Part shown: positions 10,063 to 20,800 of the stretch, in pieces
How the letters are laid out: every line of letters starts with the position of its first letter
Numbering within the stretch: the first letter of the stretch is position 1
IMG/VR virus record: IMGVR_UViG_2695420507_000016
Direction: 5' to 3' (one strand)
Source: an uncultured virus (IMG/VR IMGVR_UViG_2695420507_000016)
Taxonomy: Duplodnaviria; Heunggongvirae; Uroviricota; Caudoviricetes
DNA: 64,000 nucleotides
The notes under the pieces: generated by a model
What the model was told of the DNA's origin: nothing
Database searches by the model: none
What the model saw: only the letters and a program-made list of their open reading frames with translations
Program-made: the position numbers and the translations under genes

Positions 10063-10192
10063 AAGGCAAATTATATTAATATCTTATTCAAAAAATATTC
10101 AGTGTAATTTTCTATTGAAAACTCGATACATAATTATATAAAACCTTTTCTCTAAAATTGTCATTCTAAAACTAAATAATAAGGAAATAATC

Positions 10193-10327
10193 ATGTGCGC
10201 TAATTATGAGCCAATTTCAAAAGACCGGGTACATCTATTAGATCTCTTAGAACCTACCTTCGACTATAAGAATGATGTTTATCCGGTGCGAAAGTTACCG
10301 AACTTATTGACCTACAAGAAGCAATAG
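10193..10327 (+). pseudogene. SRAP/YedK-family N-terminal fragment
   Basis: SD then MCANYEPISKDRVHLLDLLEPTFDYKNDVYP (catalytic Cys2 start), truncated near 10286. Confidence 0.75.
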
Positions 10328-10797
10328 CTATGCATGCACAAGAAGCATGTAAGAGATTGAGAGATGATGAATCATTATGCGGCTGTCTTATTGTTTTTGT
10401 TCAATCAAGTCCTTTTGATGAAAATGTACCGTTTTATAACAAGTCAATAACCGGCTCATTTTCACAGCCAACAGATTGTGCATTAGATTTCGTAAAAGCT
10501 GCAACAAAAATGGTATCTCACATTTTTAAAGAAGGTATTAAGTATAAAAAATGTGAGGTCATACTGACTGGGCTAGAACCTAAATCTGGTCACACTTATG
10601 ACCTTCTCACAGATTTTGAAGCTATAGAAAAGAAAGAACAATTGATGAAAACACTAGATAACGTACACACAAAATTCGGGAAGAGAAAACTTGGTATAAG
10701 TACATGTTATGTACCAGGTCGCAATTGGTCAATGAGTAGAGATAAATTGAGTAGAAATCCTTTTCAGTGGGATGAGTTATTGACTATAAATGATTGA
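10284..10797 (+). pseudogene. umuC: UmuC (Pol V) C-terminal fragment
   Basis: GAKVTELIDLQEAIAMHAQ...GIKYKKC.V.L...LM..LD.V..KFG...WSMSRDKLS; catalytic N-terminus missing. Confidence 0.85.
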
Positions 10798-11850
10798 TTG
10801 TTTTTAATACTAAAAATTTTTTTGGCGAACTCGATGATTGATAGAATATTTTTATTAGCATTCTTTTCTTTAACCCTATTTTCAATAATATACTTTACAA
10901 GTATTGAGCCAATTTATTATATAAATTTAAAAGATTTTTTAAAACTAACTCCAGAATATTTTCTTCCTACACTATTAATTTCCTTACTAGCTTTATATGT
11001 AACTGCTAGAAATTATTTAAGAAAGTCTGGAAATAGTATTGCAGCAACTTTTACACTTCGTAGTGATTTCTCATCCACTGAAAGATACATTTCTTCAATC
11101 ATTTTAGTTAATAAAAAAGATAAGCCTGTCATAATTAATAAAATATTTATTAGAGTTGGTCATAATATTTATATTCAATTAATCGATGGTTATGATGAAA
11201 CTTTTGTACTTAAGCCCTATGAAACCTTAAACCAAAAACTTGAACCACATTTCGTGTATATGGCGGGCGTAAAAAGAATTGTTAATCTTCCAGATATTAT
11301 TAATAATAAAAAAATAAAGAAAAAAATAGTCTTAGATACTACAGAAGGAATCGTTGTATGTAGCAATTTAAGATACAAAAAAATTATAAATAAAGTTTTG
11401 AGTCATTATTCCACAGGATTAATTATTAGACATAAAGGGCAATTTATAAATGGGATTCCAGTTGGAAATAATGTTTTATACTTTATTGAAATAATAACAA
11501 AGAATGGTGAAAATTCCTTTATTACTATTAGTAAAAATCCAGAAAGTTCACTATTAGAAGGTAAATTAAAGTTTGATACTGAACAATTAAAAATGGAAAA
11601 TGGTACTTTACATATTAAAAATGTTATTGAAAAGGCTTTGGAAGATGGAGTGATTGATTGGCAAAATTTCAAAATACATTCTCAATTAGAAACTTTTGAG
11701 CATTATGAAGAATATGAAGAAATTGACCTAACCGATCAAAAAATGATTAGTTGGTTTGATTATCATATCAAGGCAAGAATATATACATATTTAAAAAACC
11801 GTGAAACTAGGAAAATTAACAATGACTATATTAAAAAATCAAAAAAATAG
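10798..11850 (+). CDS. Accessory membrane-anchored protein
   Basis: Two N-terminal hydrophobic segments; very AT-rich. Confidence 0.7.
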   Translation: MFLILKIFLANSMIDRIFLLAFFSLTLFSIIYFTSIEPIYYINLKDFLKLTPEYFLPTLLISLLALYVTARNYLRKSGNSIAATFTLRSDFSSTERYISSIILVNKKDKPVIINKIFIRVGHNIYIQLIDGYDETFVLKPYETLNQKLEPHFVYMAGVKRIVNLPDIINNKKIKKKIVLDTTEGIVVCSNLRYKKIINKVLSHYSTGLIIRHKGQFINGIPVGNNVLYFIEIITKNGENSFITISKNPESSLLEGKLKFDTEQLKMENGTLHIKNVIEKALEDGVIDWQNFKIHSQLETFEHYEEYEEIDLTDQKMISWFDYHIKARIYTYLKNRETRKINNDYIKKSKK

Positions 11851-11994
11851 CCCTGCTTAGTCGACTTTCATATCAATATCAACACTCCGGCAAGTATTTA
11901 ACTCGTGATCAGTACCGTATAATAAAACTATACAGCACTGTCTATTTCACTTTGTTAACATTCCTCGACTTCAATAAAATAAGATGGAATTGAT

Positions 11995-12837
11995 TTGGCA
12001 ACCCCATATATAACAATCGGCTGCCCCACCACAGGAGGCGGCCAAGTAATTTCAGGGAACAGTTTGTTTCTAATTGATGGCATTGCCGTTGCTTGTGTCG
12101 GTGATAAAGCAACCTGCCCAACACATAAAATTGTCGCAACGATTGTATCTGGCGATCCGAATATGCAGATTTTCGGTAAAGCTGCAGCTCGTGTTAATGA
12201 CTCTCTTTCATGTGGTTGTAAGCTTCTACCTAAACAACATTTGGTCGTTCAAGACAACGGCGGTGGATCCGCATCTTCTGCTGCTAATTCATCACCAGCC
12301 CCAATGTCTCAAAAACAACCAACAACAGACAGCTTTGTAAAAGATGAGTACGAGAATTACTACATAGAACAAAATAAAACAACAATGGTCCCATTCAAAA
12401 CGATGTTAATGCCATACGATCAAGATAGAACAAACTTATTTGGTGTAATGTCACAAATAGTATCGGGCGCTTGTAACTTTGAAGTAACCCACCGAGTCAA
12501 AAAAGATCAACTCTTTGTAACTGCAACCCTATTACCACCTACTGTTAGAGCTGATGCAACAATCATCCCGCGTGCTGTGCTTCGCTTATTTAAGAAAGAT
12601 AAACAGATAAGTGACACGATCACTTTAAAAGTCGGTAAAGGGTACTGGAATACTGCAAATGATAAACAACCTGTAGGTAGTTGCGAGATTAAGCTACCCG
12701 CACCAGACTTAGAAGTAATTAAGGCAAAGCTTACAATGAAATATGATGCGAAATTTGATGGCGGTGTAGTCGTAACTTCTCCCCCAGACGTAACTTATGA
12801 GTTTACAATAACTTCGGCGGCAAGACGTAAAGCATGA
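11995..12837 (+). CDS. PAAR-domain protein with C-terminal extension
   Basis: TTGGGQVISG...VACVGDKATCPTH...KAAARVNDSLSCGCKL, then a linker and about 170 further residues. Confidence 0.9.
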   Translation: MATPYITIGCPTTGGGQVISGNSLFLIDGIAVACVGDKATCPTHKIVATIVSGDPNMQIFGKAAARVNDSLSCGCKLLPKQHLVVQDNGGGSASSAANSSPAPMSQKQPTTDSFVKDEYENYYIEQNKTTMVPFKTMLMPYDQDRTNLFGVMSQIVSGACNFEVTHRVKKDQLFVTATLLPPTVRADATIIPRAVLRLFKKDKQISDTITLKVGKGYWNTANDKQPVGSCEIKLPAPDLEVIKAKLTMKYDAKFDGGVVVTSPPDVTYEFTITSAARRKA

Positions 12838-13475
12838 AAAAGTATTTAACCCTATTTATCATTGGCTCAGCACTTCTAAGTGGATGCAGCAATGCATCTG
12901 ATAACACTAAAAATTCTGAAGTAAAAACTGAGACCCCTGCGCCTAAAGCCTTATCTACTGAAGATCAGAAAATTATTAATAAACATAATGAGTACGTTCA
13001 AAAATACTCTATGGAAGATAAAGAAGTCTTTCAAAAGCATATGCGAGAGATACTTCCTGAGGTCGATAAAATCACAGATAAGCGAAAACGTGAGCTTCTT
13101 CAGATGAATATATATATGATTTTGAATGACTATGATAAAGCTCACGCCTTAAATGATAAGCAGCTAGTAGAGAAACCAAATGACACAGCACGACTTACAT
13201 TTAGATGTCAGTTACTTGCATTACAAGGGAAAGATGTCACTTCGATTAATAGGTGCTATGACTATGTGGCAGAGGTTCTAAAAGTAGAGCTGAACAAACC
13301 AGAAAATAAGAAGGACCCAAATTATAAGCAAGCTGAATTTTCATACTTACTTGTAAAATATAAAGCTGGACACCTTGAATACAAAGAGAAAATGAGGAAA
13401 TTCATTGATAGTACAAATGATGAAGCTCTAAAAGCCTCTTTAAAAACAGTCTACGATGCAGAAATAAATAATTAA
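12834..13475 (+). CDS. Lipoprotein, candidate immunity protein for the PAAR effector
   Basis: Lipobox LSGC; ATGA overlap with the PAAR gene. Confidence 0.75.
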   Translation: MKKYLTLFIIGSALLSGCSNASDNTKNSEVKTETPAPKALSTEDQKIINKHNEYVQKYSMEDKEVFQKHMREILPEVDKITDKRKRELLQMNIYMILNDYDKAHALNDKQLVEKPNDTARLTFRCQLLALQGKDVTSINRCYDYVAEVLKVELNKPENKKDPNYKQAEFSYLLVKYKAGHLEYKEKMRKFIDSTNDEALKASLKTVYDAEINN

Positions 13476-13476
13476 T

Positions 13477-13507
13477 AAAAAAGCCCTGAATATTCAGGGC
13501 TTTTTTT
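13477..13507. terminator. Bidirectional intrinsic terminator
   Basis: AAAAAAGCCCTGAA t ATTCAGGGCTTTTTTT-type inverted repeat with A and T tails between convergent genes. Confidence 0.85.
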
Positions 13508-13601
13508 AAAGTGCTTTAACGCAAATAGATACGTTTACGTTGCTATTTATTGTATGGGCCGTACAGCCACATAAAAGAAAGCTCAGTAACAGTAACTTCA
13601 T
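13506..13601 (-). CDS. 31-aa micro-lipoprotein in the lysis cassette (not in ORF track)
   Basis: MKLLLLSFLLCGCTAHTINSNVNVSICVKAL; lipobox LCGC; TAATG coupling to the endolysin stop. Confidence 0.75.
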   Translation of the reverse strand: MKLLLLSFLLCGCTAHTINSNVNVSICVKAL

Positions 13602-14371
13602 TAGGCTTCCAAAACCCTAGTAGCTGTTACGCCTTTTAATTGTGGCAATGTATAACGCTTACTTGCTGGTTGAGTTGTACGACCATACCATCTGAATTCT
13701 TGAAAGTCAGAGTCATTATAAAGTGCATAACAAACTTTATTTGACTGATTGCCTCCAAGGCATACTAACTTTCCAGACTTTTTGTCACGGCCAACTACAA
13801 AACAAACATGCCCACCACCCTTTCGAGTTTTAATAGCTACACAACCGTAAGCGGGTTTAGCTAATTTTGTACCATAATTCACATAATCCAATGCACGGTA
13901 CCAATGCTTAGGATAAGCAATTCCAGCTGATTTCAAGCAATGTGCAACGAAGGTCCCACACCAAGCCGTTTCATCGTCAGCCCACCAAGCCTTTAGCTCC
14001 GAGAGCCATTTTAAAATAGTTGGGTTATGCTGTTTACCAGGTATTTCTTGAAGGCCAAGATGCTTTTTTGCTTCTGCAATCCAAGCTAATTCATCAGGCT
14101 TTGTTGGTGTTGGGATATTCAATAAAGAATTGATCCCTACTAACTGGCCTGTTAATTGCGGGCCATTAAGTCGTGGTTGAGAAATTTTCTTTCCAATCCA
14201 TGACAGAACAAGCATCAAAGTACCAGTAACAAATGCATGATATTTTTCAGGAATAACTTCATAATCAACACCCCATTGTAGTGCTGGCAATAAAATTAGC
14301 ATGATGAATGCACCTACGGCGGGTAACTTAACAGATAGATACTGCCAAGCATTGTTTTCAATTAACTTCAT
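13601..14371 (-). CDS. Endolysin, TIGR02594/NlpC-P60-like peptidase with N-terminal two-TM domain
   Basis: DETAWCGTFV (Cys) and GGGHVCFV (His), LGGNQSN; hydrophobic N-terminal 65 aa. Confidence 0.85.
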   Translation of the reverse strand: MKLIENNAWQYLSVKLPAVGAFIMLILLPALQWGVDYEVIPEKYHAFVTGTLMLVLSWIGKKISQPRLNGPQLTGQLVGINSLLNIPTPTKPDELAWIAEAKKHLGLQEIPGKQHNPTILKWLSELKAWWADDETAWCGTFVAHCLKSAGIAYPKHWYRALDYVNYGTKLAKPAYGCVAIKTRKGGGHVCFVVGRDKKSGKLVCLGGNQSNKVCYALYNDSDFQEFRWYGRTTQPASKRYTLPQLKGVTATRVLEA

Positions 14372-14655
14372 TCATCTTTCCTCTTTCGTAAATTATCTTG
14401 CTCTAGAGCTTCTAAAGCTTTGATTCGTAATTCGCTTTCTTTTTCACGTAATTCACTTTCTTTACGTTCTCTGCGGTCACGTCTCCACTGAAAAATGAAA
14501 CTTATGAATAGGCCAACAACAGCCACTATTGCACCTGTATAGCTCAACCAATTAATTGAAGTTAAAGAACCAAATGCGCTTGCTAAACCACTCCAGAAGG
14601 TAGTTTTATTAGCAAAAGTTGTGACTGTGACTTCAATTGCCTGATGATCAGACAT
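14368..14655 (-). CDS. Holin-like membrane protein
   Basis: Hydrophobic segments plus charged C-terminus, immediately upstream of the endolysin. Confidence 0.7.
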   Translation of the reverse strand: MSDHQAIEVTVTTFANKTTFWSGLASAFGSLTSINWLSYTGAIVAVVGLFISFIFQWRRDRRERKESELREKESELRIKALEALEQDNLRKRKDE

Positions 14656-14684
14656 GACCTATTCCCCACGTTTCATTTGGAGCT

Positions 14685-14725
14685 ATTTTTGCAAGTGTTA
14701 TTGTTCTAAATAGAGTATGGTTCCA
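14685..14725 (-). promoter_or_regulatory. Late promoter motif (lysis operon)
   Basis: TGGAAC-N29-AAAAAT. Confidence 0.7.
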
Positions 14726-14776
14726 AATACAAAGCACGAAAAAAGTCTGAATTAATCAGACTTTTCTACATGAAAA

Positions 14777-15070
14777 CTATCGGCCTCTACTTGCTAGGGC
14801 ATTTAATCCCTTAATGACTTCTTGACCTAATTTTAAGAATACGTTGTGACGTTCAATTTCATTTTCTAAATACTTCTTGCGGTTTTCCCATGCTGATGAA
14901 TTGAAGTAAGTACTTTCAAAACTCAAAGGCATTTTTAATGCATCCGATAAAGGCATTGGGCAGTTTTCAGAAATACTACTTGCTGTCTCAAGCAAAAGAT
15001 CGGTCCAACTCTTTGATGATTCCTGTAAAGATGGAAGCGGTGCGAAATCGTGCAGGCGCGTCATCTGCAC
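14777..15070 (-). CDS. Small tail/baseplate assembly protein
   Basis: Overlaps the end of the upstream gene; true start uncertain. Confidence 0.5.
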   Translation of the reverse strand: MQMTRLHDFAPLPSLQESSKSWTDLLLETASSISENCPMPLSDALKMPLSFESTYFNSSAWENRKKYLENEIERHNVFLKLGQEVIKGLNALASRGR

Positions 15071-15725
15071 CTCTTTCCACTAAAATACCGTGGTTATCAA
15101 CGCTTAACCGTAAATGTGTAAATAACTCATTGTTTAAATTATTAAAGTCTTGATAGCACAAATCAAAATCACTAGCTGGCATTTTCTTAATGAAATCTAG
15201 CCGCTGCTTAAATTGTTCTTCAAATAATTGAGGGTTTGTTCTATCCGGCAATAAAGCCAAGTGTTCATGATTAGAATAACTCAACTGAAATGCCATCATA
15301 CAGGCAATCCATTCAGCGACATTCTTACAATTTGCCTCTAAGAATTCCGCTTCCATTCCAATAAGCTGTCTAACCGTAATTCCATTTTGCGTAGTTTCAG
15401 TTTTCCAATTATTTTCTGATTGAAGGAAAACTTTAGACCAGTCAGTGTTCACCTCCAACATAGTATTACTTTGTTTCTCAAGATACTTAAGTAGCAATAA
15501 ATACCGCTCTTGAATTGTTAAAAGTAAAGGATCCACATTATCTAAAACTGACTTCACGAAAGCTGAAAGTCTTTTTTCATTTAAATTCGGGGCAATGATT
15601 GAAATTTTAAGACATTGCTCAAAACTCAATTCATGCATTTGAAAAGTACTTTCGCCTATTGGCACCGGATCAAATGTAATCATTATTTGACTCCATACAA
15701 TGAATAAATATCTTTTGAATCCCAT
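14988..15725 (-). CDS. Putative baseplate hub/tail assembly chaperone
   Basis: Late-operon position; LTIQERYLLLL segment; probable start 15683. Confidence 0.45.
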   Translation of the reverse strand: MGFKRYLFIVWSQIMITFDPVPIGESTFQMHELSFEQCLKISIIAPNLNEKRLSAFVKSVLDNVDPLLLTIQERYLLLLKYLEKQSNTMLEVNTDWSKVFLQSENNWKTETTQNGITVRQLIGMEAEFLEANCKNVAEWIACMMAFQLSYSNHEHLALLPDRTNPQLFEEQFKQRLDFIKKMPASDFDLCYQDFNNLNNELFTHLRLSVDNHGILVERGADDAPARFRTASIFTGIIKELDRSFA

Positions 15726-16495
15726 GCAGTTCGACTCAACAAACTAATATTGACGGCCAAACTTAACCGGTTCCCCTTTTCATCAATGGGCGCGACAATT
15801 GGCGCGGAAACGCTTTCAATAATGAAAGGCTTATAAGTTTTGCCGTGAGTAGTAAGAGATACAAACGGTGGAATGACACCTGAAAACAAGCCTTCTAAAG
15901 TAGTATTTGAATCATTGACAACATTCTGCAGTGTAGACTCAGAAGATAATGAAACTGGTACGCTCCAAGCCTCCAATTGCATGATCTTGTCTTCAACTTC
16001 TGTTCTCGCATCACTAAAAGCCAAGAAAAAAATTGATAAATTAAGGCGTACTGATGATGTAGATAGGAATACTTGAGTTGTATTTACTTTGGTTAAATTT
16101 GTTCGCCCTTCCACACTCTTAAGCGCATTTTCAGCTGTTGCTAAAGGTCCTGATGCCATATCACTTAATGCTGAAATGAATGGTGAATTCTCACCTAACG
16201 TTGCTGCAGCTTGAAGCATTTGCCCAGTTTGCAAGTTAGCCATCAACATTGGCATCTTTAGTTCTGGATTGCTATTTTCAAATGGAGTTTGCCATTGGCT
16301 CTCAATACTTTTATCACCGTCAGTCAACAAAGCACGAATTACTGGTGAGGCTACTGGGTTACCATCTTTATCACAAAGTGAAAATTCAGCATATTTATGC
16401 TTTGAAATTGAGCCATAGAAAGGATCTGATTCAGTACTGGGCAACTTTGTTTTAGCTGTATTAACAGCTGGTGCATAAGCTAAAGCTTTGGACAT
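15683..16495 (-). CDS. Putative baseplate/tail-tube cap protein
   Basis: First gene of a late operon; beta-rich tube-like C-terminus. Confidence 0.45.
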   Translation of the reverse strand: MSKALAYAPAVNTAKTKLPSTESDPFYGSISKHKYAEFSLCDKDGNPVASPVIRALLTDGDKSIESQWQTPFENSNPELKMPMLMANLQTGQMLQAAATLGENSPFISALSDMASGPLATAENALKSVEGRTNLTKVNTTQVFLSTSSVRLNLSIFFLAFSDARTEVEDKIMQLEAWSVPVSLSSESTLQNVVNDSNTTLEGLFSGVIPPFVSLTTHGKTYKPFIIESVSAPIVAPIDEKGNRLSLAVNISLLSRTAWDSKDIYSLYGVK

Positions 16496-16525
16496 GTTTA
16501 AGTACTAATTTATAAAAATTAAGCT

Positions 16526-16567
16526 ATTATTAATTAAAAAATAAGGACACTTATTAGCTTTGTTCCA
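16526..16567 (-). promoter_or_regulatory. Late promoter motif (variant spacing)
   Basis: TGGAAC-N30-AATAAT. Confidence 0.55.
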
Positions 16568-16699
16568 GCATTAAAAACTGATAAAAAAGTTTTGAAAATA
16601 CGCTAATTACAGTTTTTCATATAGATTTGATTTTTAATAATTTTTTAGTATTATGAAATTTAAAATTTTTATTTAAAAATATTCTTTGAGAAATAAAAA

Positions 16700-17761
16700 A
16701 TGTTAGATTTATTTACACCTATTGTTGAAAGCGAAAAACAGCATAAAATTTTTAAATTGTTATTAAATGAAGCAATGTATGCTGAAAGGAATGTTCTATT
16801 AGATTGGGCAAATGGATTTGTTGATAGAGATAATAAATTTGTAAAAGAATTCCAAACTACTTTTGAGTCTTCTTTTTGGGAATTATATCTAAATAAAATT
16901 CTGAAATCTGAAAATATTGATATAGACTATAAACATCATGCGCCTGACTTTGTATGTAACAAAAATAATTCAGCTTTTTGTATTGAAGCGACAATTGCCA
17001 ATCCAGAACAAGATGGGTTGCCAGCATATGGTTTTGGCGGTGAATATTTAGATTTTGAAATTGACTTTAAAGAGTTCAATCGAAAATCAATTATTAGAAT
17101 AGCTAATTCGATTGTATCTAAGGCTCAAAAATTTAAAAAATCATATAAAAATTTATCTCATGTTAATGGCAAACCATTTATTTTAGGTCTTAATTCTTTT
17201 GATCGTCCTCATTCCCACTTTATAGGTCATCGTGGTTTAATTGCTGTTCTCTATGGAATTTATCTTAATGAGGAAAAGGCCATTTCCGATAAACTCAACT
17301 ATTTACCAAGAGAAAGAATGGATTTTATTGAGAAAGATAATGGAGCAGAAATTCCTCTAGGTTTCTTTACTACTTCAGAGTATGAAGATATTAGTGCTGT
17401 AATTTATAACCCTTATGCAACTTGGGGGAAAGTTCGAGCATTAGCTGAAGTAACTGAAGCAAATAAAACTACTTTCTTTAACGCACTTTACACTAGGGAT
17501 GACGTAAGTGAGAGTACATTAATTCCTGATATCCACAAAGGAATTCCTAAAGAAGAATATACAGAATCAATCTTTGATGGTTTATATATTTTTCATAATC
17601 CTCATGCTAAATATCCATTCCCTGATTTTTTATTTAATGATCCTCATATTGCTCATTTTAGTGTAGATGATCATGGTAATCTTCTTGAAAGTGTTGGAGA
17701 AAAATTTTTACTCTCACGAAGTTTAATTAGTTCATATGCAAGTTCAATGATTCCCGAATAA
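16700..17761 (+). CDS. Accessory PD-(D/E)XK nuclease-like protein
   Basis: APDFV...FCIEAT motif; antisense to the late genes; very AT-rich upstream region. Confidence 0.65.
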   Translation: MLDLFTPIVESEKQHKIFKLLLNEAMYAERNVLLDWANGFVDRDNKFVKEFQTTFESSFWELYLNKILKSENIDIDYKHHAPDFVCNKNNSAFCIEATIANPEQDGLPAYGFGGEYLDFEIDFKEFNRKSIIRIANSIVSKAQKFKKSYKNLSHVNGKPFILGLNSFDRPHSHFIGHRGLIAVLYGIYLNEEKAISDKLNYLPRERMDFIEKDNGAEIPLGFFTTSEYEDISAVIYNPYATWGKVRALAEVTEANKTTFFNALYTRDDVSESTLIPDIHKGIPKEEYTESIFDGLYIFHNPHAKYPFPDFLFNDPHIAHFSVDDHGNLLESVGEKFLLSRSLISSYASSMIPE

Positions 17762-17820
17762 AGTGAAATTCAAAGACATAATATTTATAAATTTAATTTT
17801 GCTGTATCCAACAATCCATA

Positions 17821-17849
17821 AAAAATACGCTCATCAAGAGCGTATTTTT
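17821..17849. terminator. Bidirectional intrinsic terminator
   Basis: AAAAATACGCTC atcaa GAGCGTATTTTT. Confidence 0.85.
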
Positions 17850-17859
17850 ATTACTTATA

Positions 17860-20800
17860 TTAAGCAGCTAGATTAATACTATTCTCTTGCTCAAATTCAT
17901 CAATCTTCTTAATGATTTCAGCAGACTTGTTATATGGCATAACAATTTCATCAAACTCATTAACTTCTGAGCCCCAGAATTTGAGCATGATATTCTTGAT
18001 CTGAGGTTTATCAACGCCGTCGCCATTGAATACATACTTGCTACGTTCAGTTCTGACATAAAGATCGTACTTAGCAAGCTGCTCATCAATACGTAGTTTT
18101 CTAGGAGGCATTGCGATATCACGAATTTCTGAAAAGAGGTCTTCAACACTTGTAAGGTGCGTAAAGTCTAATTCTCGTGTTACTGGAACATCATTAGAGC
18201 CTGCATGTTTTTCAATAATGATGATGCGAGTAGAAACTGCGGTACCAGCATTTTTAAAGGTTGATTGAGGTAACCAGATTTCAGCTGTCAAAATTGCACC
18301 AGGTGTGCTTTCAATAAATTCGTCTACTTTAGAATCCATCGTACCACGTGGTACCAAGGCCACAATCCGACCACCATCATAAAGATGACCAAAAGCCTTC
18401 TTGATATGTTGAATTGCCAAAGTGCCAGCATGACCAAATGGCGGATTCATCACAATCGCATGGTACTTATTCAATGATTCTAAAGATTCGAATGTATCAA
18501 CAATTACTTTAGCACCTGTATTTGCCATTTGAGCACGACTAGCTAAAGACTCAGTCGGTTCAATCATTGTCAACTCTACATCCTGAGGAACAAAACGACC
18601 AATAGCACCATCACCAGCACTAGGTTCAAGCACAGAATCGCCAGTGTGTACCCCTGCCCATTCAATCATTTTGAATCCTAGAGGTTCAGGCGTTGCATAC
18701 CATTCCTTACCTTCGCGGTTATCACGACTTTCAGAACGTTTGCCTTTGGTATAGTAGAATGTGAGTGCTTGATCAAATGGTGTTAACTTAGCAATGCGGG
18801 CATTTTCTTCATCATATGCTTTACCGCCAATACCATCATTTAGACTTGGCTCTTCATATTTAGCTTCTTCATAAGCCTGAATTAACGCTTCTTTGATACT
18901 TACTACAGCATCAGCACCTTTTGCAAAGTTATCTACTGTTTCTGCGCGTCCAGCAATCGTGTCTGCAAATGCAGCCCGTTCCCATGCAGTACCAGTAGTC
19001 AAGTATCTCTGAATAGCATTTGATGCTTGTCCAGTTCGATAGATACGCCCTTCCGTCTGTCTCAACTTGGCTGGCTTTGTTGGTTGACCAATATTAATGA
19101 GTACTCGCTGGTGTTTACCAGTTGTATCATGCAAGCTAATCCCAGTAGAACCAGCATCTGACTGCAGAATGAGAATATCGTGCCCGCTATCATCAGTATT
19201 AAATAACGCTACATTAGTTTCACGTTGTTGCTTTGAAAGACGGCCATTAAATAAAAGAGCATTAGGAAATGCATTCTTTAAAGTTTCAACAGGTGAATCA
19301 TAATCAAGATTGAGATTTACTAGATCCGGTCTATTTTCTTTGAATGCATTATATTCAAGCTCAATATCTTCTCTAAGTGGGCTTTCATATTTTTCGATAT
19401 CAAGCTTACTAATCAAGAAAGGTGCAAAACCACCGCCCTCGTTATAGTCATGAAAAATTACTACTTTACGACCTAATGCTAAGTGCTTTTTCACCATATC
19501 AACACAAGCTTCAGCTTTAATAGCTTCTAACAAACGGCGTCTTGCTAAGTAATCAAAGCGTTTTGCAATAATTTCGTATATGTTTTTAAATCGGTTGCCA
19601 GTAAATAGCCGATCATATTCTTGCATAGATGCATGACGTCCCCAGCCTGTTGTTGGTTTACCAGTCTGAGCAGCCCATTCTTCAAAAGTTCGTGTTTTGT
19701 GCCCTTCTATTTCTTTATAACCATTGCGAAGATAAGTTAAACCTTCATCAATAAGTTCACCAACACGAGAGCCAATTAGAATGAATTTACGATCATAGTC
19801 AAAATTTACTTCTAAATCCCGCCCAGACATAGCACCAGTGTTTTTAAGATTTTCGGCGAACTGTCTTTCAAGTACACCTGTATCCACCTTAGCTTCTGGT
19901 CGCGTCAACTTACCATATCGCTTTCGATATCCAAGATTTCCCATATAGAAGTGCTCTCGAGCCTTACTAAAGCCTTCAGCTAAATTACCTTGGTCATCAA
20001 CAGATACTGAAGGAGACATATAATCAAATAAATAGCCTTCCGCCCAATCAAGTGAAAAGTGATAGCTAAATGGCGTAGCAGATAAGAAAACAACTTTGAC
20101 CTTACTTTTCTGGTGTTTCCAATTCAAATTCCAGATCTTTCGTTGTTCATTTCGAAGGACCTGCATTTTGTTATAAGCGCTTAGATATTGTTCTGTTTCT
20201 TTACCATTTTCATCAAATTCTTCAATTGGCATCTGCTCAGCAAACTTATCTTCAAACCACTCACTAAAACCATGCAAATGCCCGGTTAATGCTCGTAGTT
20301 TGTTTAATGCTGCAGTTGCTTTACCATCGGATGATTGCGATAGAGTATGGGCCTCATCAATTAAAATCAGATCCCAATGTTTGTGAACCAAACTTTTATT
20401 TTGACCAAAATTAGCAAAGGTTGTGACCACGACTGAGTGATCCTCACCGCCATTTTCTTTAATACTTTTTAATTTGTAAGCCTTGATATTTAAAGGGCTT
20501 GAGCTTTTGACAAAGTCATTAGCGATTTTATCGTTTAGAGTAACAATTAAAATATTCTTAAGGCCAGCATTGATAAACCGTTTTGCTACACCCAGACCAG
20601 TAAAGGTTTTACCTGTACCAGTGCCGTTTGTAAAAAGAATACCCTTCTTATTTTCCTCAATTAACCGCTTTTCAGTTTTTAAAACATCACCACGTTGTGC
20701 CGGTTGCAGATATGGCAAAGCTGCGTCAATATTTGAAGCATCGCTCCAAATTGTTTCTACATTATCTGCTTTTAATTGAGCTTCTAGCTTTTCATCTATG

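Noticed and set aside
11850..11945. Degenerate second copy of the micro-lipoprotein gene
   Set aside because: Resemblance is loose, with no lipobox or start codon
14777..15070. Programmed -1 frameshift as in tail chaperone G/GT
   Set aside because: The downstream ORF is in the +1 frame, no clear slippery heptamer was seen, and a coupled TTG start is possible
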